NCBI GenBank assembly: GCA_051294375.1
Contig: CM119265.1
Location: 8,936,772 to 9,000,771 of the forward strand
From: Paraspadella gotoi
Taxonomy: Eukaryota; Animalia; Chaetognatha
DNA length: 64,000 bases
Reading direction: 5' to 3'
In this document: piece by piece, positions 56,559 through 64,000 of the stretch
How the letters are laid out: each line of letters opens with the position of its first letter
Position numbering within the stretch: position 1 is the stretch's first letter
Position numbers and translations under genes: made by a program
Notes under the pieces: model-generated
Database searches by the model: none
What the model was told of the DNA's origin: nothing
The model's input: the letters and a program-made list of their open reading frames with translations, nothing else

Positions 56559-57984
56559 GTGAGTAGACGCTGTTGTTTTTGTTGAGTAGACGCTGTTGTT
56601 GTTGTTTTGGTCTTGTTGTCGTCGTCCTTTTTGTTGTGGTTGTTACTAAGGTTGTCGTTGTCGAAGCTGTAGCAGTTATGTCGGCGAATTTATGTACATC
56701 CGTTGTTCACGAAGAAACTAATTGATTCGTTGTGACTTAACTTGTACAGCTTATGCTGTAGTTTAATTCGTGCTAAGCAATCTTCAATGTTATCGTCGTT
56801 AATAAACGTCGTCCTCATCGGTCGTTGTATCGTCGTCGTTGTCGTCGTTGTAACGTCGCTATTATCGTCGTCGGCGTCCTCACCCGATCCTCCTTAGACG
56901 GTCCGATCTTCCGCTTCCCCATTAATCCATTAATCATTCTGTCACGTTCACAAAACCCGTCTAAAAAAAACAAAAAACAAGATGGCGGCCAAAGAGAAAT
57001 AAAAAGGAAAATCTCTCGCGAAATGTGACGAAAGAAAATGAGAATTCGAGCGTCGAATCTGGTTTTTCTCGTTACGCGCCCAAACATTTTTTCGAAATTT
57101 TCCTCCAGATGTCGCGCACGATTCGGAAAATGAGACGCGTTCGTCCAATCGATCGATTGTCAACTGTAGGTCGTGACGACGATGACGACGACGACGCCGA
57201 CGACTACATTTAGCTACACAAAACGCGACAAAGACCCTCTTACAATAACCGACTATGACGTTAATCTGTCGCAGATTTACCAACTCCATTGAGCGAGAGA
57301 ATGTACCAAAACATATGTCGAAGAGACATTGAACAATGAAACTGTATTGCGGGAAATAAATCCTGCGATTGAGATCCAAAAATTGGCAAACGTATGTAAG
57401 TTAGAAGTACAGTGATCTTAAAACATTTTATAAATTGACGCTTAAGTCCACGTAGCGAAAAAAAAAAATCTTAGAACTATTTTCAAGGAGATCCTTGTAA
57501 TAACTTTCCAGAAGGTTCTCCATAAAAGATTATTGCTCATAGATTATAGAGATACCTAATCGAAACATTTTTTTTTTTTAAACTTTAATTAGAAATTACA
57601 AAGCTAAGTAAGAAGCGATAAAAAAGCGAGACGTCTCTACAAACAACGACAACGATAATAACAAATACCGAGATAATAACAACGACGACAACGACGTCTA
57701 GCGACAGTCGGCGTCTCAGACTTTTCTTCATCGTTGTTATCGTCTGCAAAAAGATAAATTACTTCCGTAATTAGTTATTCTCTCTCCCAGTTTCTTCCTC
57801 TTCCTTCGCATCTTCTGACTTTTTTTGTCTTCTTAATTTTATCGATTAAATTGAGATTTTCTTTTTTTTATCAGGTTTTTTTCTCTGTATCTCGATATAT
57901 GAAGATTATGTAGCTAAATGGAGATAAAATGCGTTTTATTGAGTAATAAGAAAATGATAAGGAAAGGTTTATATCTCCCTGGGG

Positions 57985-58038
<54 letters not shown>

Positions 58039-58142
58039 GGAGAGGGAGAGAGAGAGGGAGAGAGAGAGAGAAAGCTCATTAAAGCATACGTCGTCTCGCT
58101 CTCACTCTCCCTCTCTTTTCCATGTCGATCGAAAAATTGCAG

Positions 58143-58474
58143 ATTCTGCGAAACTCAATTTTTTTTTCCCAAATGACTTTTCCACGACGCCGCTTTTGAG
58201 TTTGACGCCGCCAATGACGCCGCCGATGGCACTGCCAAGGATCCCACCGTTTACGAGCTTACCACTGAGAATTGAAAGGTTGAAAGCGGCGACAAAGGCA
58301 GAGGTGACGGCGGCGGCGGCGGCGGCGGCGGCGGTGGAGGCGGCGATAAAGAGGGCCTCTCCCGCCGCCGACCGCGCCGAAGTAATCACTGACAATGGAA
58401 GAGATTATCGCCTCGTCGCCCGAGTGAGAGATATCGCTGATGTTATTCAAGAATTAATTTCAAAACAAATATAA
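58143..58474 (+). CDS. Candidate terminal exon of the Lhx3/4 gene (Pro-rich, poly-Ala)
   Basis: First AG (58141-58142) after a pyrimidine tract at ~58091-58121. A phase-1 join to 56558 gives an open frame DSAKLNFFFPNDFSTTPLLSLTPPMTPPMALPRIPP...AAAAAAAAVEAA...QELISKQI-stop. No recognisable homology, so support is only splice geometry, phase and composition. Confidence 0.3.
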
Positions 58475-60005
58475 TTTATGGTAAAAATTCATGAGAAAAG
58501 TTTTAACGATGCACACTTGTGGACCAAAAAAACCAGACTTAAAAAAAAAGTGAAGATTTCCACCGAATGAAAAAAAAAAGCTAAATCTTTCACCAATTAC
58601 TCCTCACGGGTCCGGACCAGGCTCACCGACGACAAACGAAAGTGGAATGACACAACCAAGACGTTAATTTGTTAAAGCGTCAACAAAATGTTTTCCCATA
58701 ATGTTTTTTTTTCCTGCGACTTAAACAATAACAAACATCAACACAACAAATTTTCGTTGCAGACGCAATATTGGGTGACGTCATCTGAGACTAGATCGAT
58801 CTTCTTTATTCTTTAATCGTTCATTTGGCATCGTTCATCGTTCATCGTTCATCAACCAGTTCGTTATCTTTATCATCATTGTTCGTATATGTCGAAATCT
58901 CCGACTTTGACGTCAACACCATCGGCGTTCGGGTGTTTTTAGCTGCGGCGTTTATATCATTAATGTCTCTGTTATCAATATCAATAATGACTCTGTTTTG
59001 GACCCGAAAGTTGATTGGTCAAAATGTTCACATTTCTTTAAAAAAGACAGTTGGATGACATCAACAATCAACATTGGACACTGGTCGTCATCGTCATCGT
59101 CATCGTTATCGTCATGATTATTGTCAACATCGTCCGTTATGTTCCATATCATTGTCAAAATCGTCATTATCATTATCTCTATCTTCATCACCGTTGTCAT
59201 CTTTTCATCGATGTCATCATCGTCGTCATCATCGTCATCATCATCGTCATCATCGTCGTCGTCACCTCGCCGTCGCTGCCAGAATTTCTAACGAGGACCG
59301 CGACGTTTTTCTCGGAGAGAAGGAATTTTCTTCTCTTCTTCCTCCGCTCCCGCTCTTCCTCCTCCCGATAGAAAGTAATAGCCCTCTCCTCTTCCCACGA
59401 CTTTCTCTCTTTCTCTCTCCTGCCTCTTGTCTCCAAGGTTCACGTTCACTCTCTCCATCTCGTTCATCCTCTTTCTCCTCCTCCTCCTCCTCCTCCTCCT
59501 CCCTCCTTTGTTCTTTTCTCAACCTTTCACCCCTCTTCTCTTTTTTCCTTTCTTTCCCTTTTTTTTCGGTTTATTAAGTAAATCGAGAAGAAAAGAAAAT
59601 TTAAGTAAAAAAAACATACAATTTTATTTAAAAAGTTATCATCCGATAATGATTTAACACCATCGCTCACTAACTATCCCACTTGAGCGAAGTAAAGTGA
59701 CTTTACACGAAATTTCATTTTATTTTGTGACAAAAGAATAAAAATACATTATTATCAGGATAAAATATATTGCAGGCAACCGTAGCTATATACACCGCCG
59801 TTCCGTCCTTGTACAATCGCTGCCCGCCTCTTTCCTCCCGAACCCCCATCCGGAAATCCGGCCATCCGGCCATCCGCCCTTTATCCACATAAGAGGAAAA
59901 AGAATTCTTCGGGTGAATTTTCTTCACTTATAAAAATAATATACAGTAGTCATTCCCGAAAATAGCGACGATTCACGAAAGAATCCATGGCCAATTGGCC
60001 ATAGA

Positions 60006-60445
60006 CACAAGAACGGTTATATAATTGAGTTGAGCCGCAGTGACTGCCTTATCACGTTATATTTCTCGGGACATGACCTGAATCTTATTGACATGACATG
60101 ACGCGACATATATGACGCGACCATGATATGACGCGACATGCATGACTACATGATTACATAACTTTTCTTAGCCTATCTATTTATGACACGCACTGCATCG
60201 GAATTCAGTCTATTATTCCTTATATTTTTTAAGCTTTCCTGAAGCGCGCGTCAAAGCCGTCACTTAGATTTGAGGTTTTTTCTGCTCCTAATGAACATTA
60301 CAACTATAGGTAAATTATATTCATTTTTAATGTGAGTGGGTCAGACCGACGGGCAGACTTACGAGCCGAACGACGGACCGACGACGACAGACCGACCGAA
60401 AAGTGACTTTAAGAGAGTTTCTCCGCATACTCGCGGCGCAACTAA
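60006..60445 (-). mobile_element. Non-autonomous Helentron-associated (HINE/DINE-1-like) element
   Basis: Subterminal inverted repeats agttgagccgc (60028-60038) and gcggcgcaact (60433-60443), 10/11 complementary. A third partial copy agtttctccgc (60416-60426) can form a terminal stem-loop. Adjacent (GACC/GACA)n microsatellite and central short tandem repeats (gacatgacgcga-like, ~60090-60150). Diverged homologue at 11734-12076. Confidence 0.62.
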
Positions 60446-60824
60446 CAAAGATATTCCCAAACATTTAAGTTTGTAATTTTGCCACTTTCGTCGGAAAGCG
60501 AATTTTCCATCCGATTCGCCATCGTTTTTACCCTCAATTTCCCACTCACTCCGCAGCCTTCACCAGCAGATTCACGCTTCTTTCTGCCACTCTTATCCAC
60601 TTTCTCCCCATTCCCGAACTTCGGCTTTTTAGTCTAAAGCGTGAAAGGAATGGGGCGGGGCACGAAACGAGGGACTCGACGACTGTGATTACTCACTAAA
60701 ATCCTTTTTTTCGCCGATCACCATCTTTTCGTCGTCGTCGTCGTTGTCGACGTCGTCGTTTTCCTGTTGTATAAAACACTTTTCTTATCCCTTTTTGCCC
60801 ATTTGCTTACACGTCGACTAAAAC

Positions 60825-60935
<111 letters not shown>

Positions 60936-62146
60936 GAGTTGAATTTTTTAAAATGAAAACATCGTCTCTTTTTTTCATTTTGTTTATTTTCTTAACAAAA
61001 AGAGGGGTTGAACGCCTTTAAATTCGGCTTACCTTTAGCGCCACTCATAAACTTGTTTTTGGCTTCATCAGTCGGCACTCCAAATAATTATTCATATATA
61101 TTGTCTTTTTCAAATTCTGTTATTCATAAATATTATAACTCAGTATGATCTTCACATCACACATCTACTAATATATACTTATATATTATTTTGCCATACA
61201 CGAATTTTTCCTTTCGACGGTTGTGCCTACTCTTCCCCTTTTTGTTATTCTTCCTTTCCGCTCATCTGTGTAGGAGATCTCCCTTTGTCTAATGTCCTCT
61301 TCTTCTTCTCTTCCCCTCTCCCTCATTCTTTCCTCCCCCTCTCCCTCATTCCTTCCTTCCACCTCACTCCCTTCCTCCCCTTCTTCCTCATTGCTCCTCC
61401 CCTGCTCCCCTCATTTCCTCCTCCCGCTCTCCATCATTCCTCCTCCCCTTTTTCTCTATTCCTTCTTCCCCCCTCACTCCCTTCCCCCTTCTTCCTCATT
61501 TCTTCCTCGAAGGCCACGCCACTTTTCTCCCCAGGGATTCTCTCCTTTTCCCGGCGTCAGAATCGACGCCCCAAAAAAAGACGCCGCTTGTCGTCGATGT
61601 AACTCGTTAGTCGCGATTCTTAAATATATGCCCGTCATACGGATATGTAAAGATGAAAGGATGTAATACAAATAACGGTATTGTGTCCTTTTGATTTCTT
61701 AAGACGGAGACTTTGGGTCAACGTAGAACAATTAGACTGTGATTAGAATGCGTGGAATGAGAGGAAATATTTGCCTAATTCGGGGTCAGCACACTTTAAG
61801 GATCTGAGTTACGAATATGATATATGAATAAAAATTGTACGTCAATTGGATTTCTACAATTTACGATTTCGTTAATATTTTTTAAAATGGTATATGCTTT
61901 GTGTTTCTATTTCGTTCGAGTTTATATATTTATTTGCTTATATTTGCTTATATTTATTTATATATTTATTTGCTCTTGATCGTAGTTTTTGTTCTCGCAT
62001 AAAACGAACTTGACGTCGAAGTAAAATCTCGTTAAATCCCTAAAAAAAATTTATTGCGATTCGATTTATGACTGAAAAACCGAAACGCAAATGTCCAAAT
62101 GATTTTTAAAGTGCTCTCTCTCTCACTCTCTTTCTCTCTCTCTCTC

Positions 62147-62177
<31 letters not shown>

Positions 62178-62284
62178 GGGTTTCTCGGGACCTGTCCCAT
62201 TCCCTTGCTTTTCCACAGCTTCAAGTCCTTTATCTTCAGTAGCCTATCTTATGTCTTTTCATCTCTCTCTCCTCTCTTCCATCT

Positions 62285-62362
<78 letters not shown>

Positions 62363-63330
62363 TCTCATCCTTTGACCTTCCGCTGCATCTTTCGACTCCA
62401 TATTTTATTGTGACGTTGGCGTCCTAATAATGGCTCTGTCACCGCGGCGAGGGAGCAATGGAGAGGAGGAAGAGGAAGAGGAGGGGGGGAAAGGAAAAGA
62501 AAGGGAATAAAGAGAAAGAGGATTGGTGGTGAGGTCCGATCCAAAGTAGTTTGAGATCAAAAGCAAAGTAAACAAAAAGCAACAAATCATTTTAAAAGAC
62601 CCAAATATTTATTAAAGGTTATTTGTTTTAATGCTTGAGCTCCGAGGGTGGGTCACTTATAAACATGTGCGATTTTATACCAAAAGAGATCAGGTAACAT
62701 CCGGGGAGTAGAAAGGATACATTTTAAAGGTTCATCCTTCGTTTATATCCCGAAAGTCGAGAGAAGACGACAGGAAAAGTGGATCAGAGTTCGTAACTGT
62801 CGCCAGCGTCGCCTGTCGTTCGGACTTCGAAACTTGGCAATTGCCGTTCGTGGATGCCAGTTTGGGGCTAATTTTTCTTAGGAAGCTGACCACCGAAAAC
62901 TCCCCTACATCTGCATTTATTATTATTGATTTTGTCGGTTTTTGCCGATCGCCACTAAAAAATTCCCCGCGTTGGCCGATTGGGGCAAAATATTCTAGAG
63001 CTTAAAGGAGGATTAATTTGCTTTTAACGAAAGGCAAGCAGCGAGGGATAATTAGGCGAGGTATGTTCGGCTCGACCAACGAGGAATTTCGGCAGTGTTG
63101 GGGGTAAGGTTTGGGAGATATAAGGGTGGAGGCGGTGAGTGAGGGGGGTGGGCGAATTCGACGCCAACGAAGATGGCGCTGTTGGCGACGGCGCGACGGG
63201 CGGCGGTCTTTGCGACTCATTCGGGACTTCCGCTCAACTGAATTCCAAGAAAAATGACGACGCCACTCTGTGAGCCGAGACGTCTGATTCCCGTCTCTCT
63301 CTCTCTCTCTCTCTCTCTTCTCTTCTCTCT

Positions 63331-63361
<31 letters not shown>

Positions 63362-64000
63362 ATCTCTTCTCTCTCTTACTTCACGGGTTTCAAGGGATTT
63401 CTGCTTTCACCTTTTCGATTTCTCTCTCCTCGAAATTAAAAACGGAGAAACTTCGTAGTCATCAGCGATGGTTGTCGTGGTCGTTGTTGTTGTCGTCGTC
63501 GTCGTCGTCGTCGTCGTTGACGTCATCGTAGTTTTCTTTAATCGACGTCATCCTCGCTTCAAATATCGCATAAAACAAAAAATGAGTTATTGATGATATC
63601 TTTACAAATATTTCTCTTTCTAATGGTATTTAACTTTACACACATTTATCACAAAATAAACAACATTCAACCTTTTATCAACTGTAATACATTTTTTTTA
63701 ATAGGTTAAGATTATAAACGAGGTACTTAAGCTAGCATTCTATAGTATTATCAATATATGAAAATGGCAATTGTTTTACACATTAGATAACATTTTATAT
63801 ATATATTAAGTTATATTTAATCTAAGTAATTATAATTCTTAATAACTGGTCTTATTAAACATTTTATATTATACTCTTCTGGAAAGGAAATAGAAGGGAA
63901 TCGACATACAACACAAAGTTATATAGATATATATTTACATTGATCGTCTCAATTTGATACACACAAAGATACAAATATGGCCGCCATTCGATCTTTATTC

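Noticed and set aside
56559-56600. Short direct duplication of tgagtagacgctgttgtt just after the donor, as an alternative 5' splice site
   Set aside because: The second copy reads gttgagt rather than gtgagt, a poor donor, and read-through from the exon meets an in-frame TAG at 56564-56566.
59051-59577. His-rich and Ile/Val-rich ORFs downstream of the gene
   Set aside because: Translations of (CAT/CGT)n and CT-rich repeats with no supporting splice sites or homology.
59987-60002. Perfect 16-bp palindrome atggccaattggccat next to the HINE-like element
   Set aside because: Absent from the sibling copy at 11734 and outside the shared homology, so I cannot assign it to the element or to any function.

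Overview
Animal (probably invertebrate) genomic DNA from a draft scaffold, saturated with microsatellites ((AG)n, (GAAA)n, (GAC)n, (CAT)n). These explain almost all ORFs in the supplied track (SLSL/RERE/FFLS/TTTT reads), which I treat as spurious. The one gene I can support is a LIM-homeodomain factor of the Lhx3/Lhx4 (Lim3) family on the + strand. It has five phase-consistent GT-AG exons (27842-27932, 28390-28501, 54969-55045, 55418-55580, 56364-56558) encoding LIM2, the linker, the full homeodomain and a Gly/Ser-rich tail, plus a tentative terminal exon at 58143-58474. I could not find the N-terminal/LIM1 exons; they lie upstream or in an N gap. About a quarter of the window is redundant sequence: a ~4.5 kb block occurs twice and a ~5.5 kb block occurs three times plus a partial copy. 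Noisy indels and exact 25-N gaps at or within these copies point to long-read gap-filling artefacts, possibly mixing two haplotypes. I found no convincing new biological system. The best leads are an intronic five-CCAAT promoter-like module, a remodelled Lhx3 intron pattern, a non-autonomous Helentron (HINE/DINE-1-like) repeat family and a GC-rich intronic hairpin.
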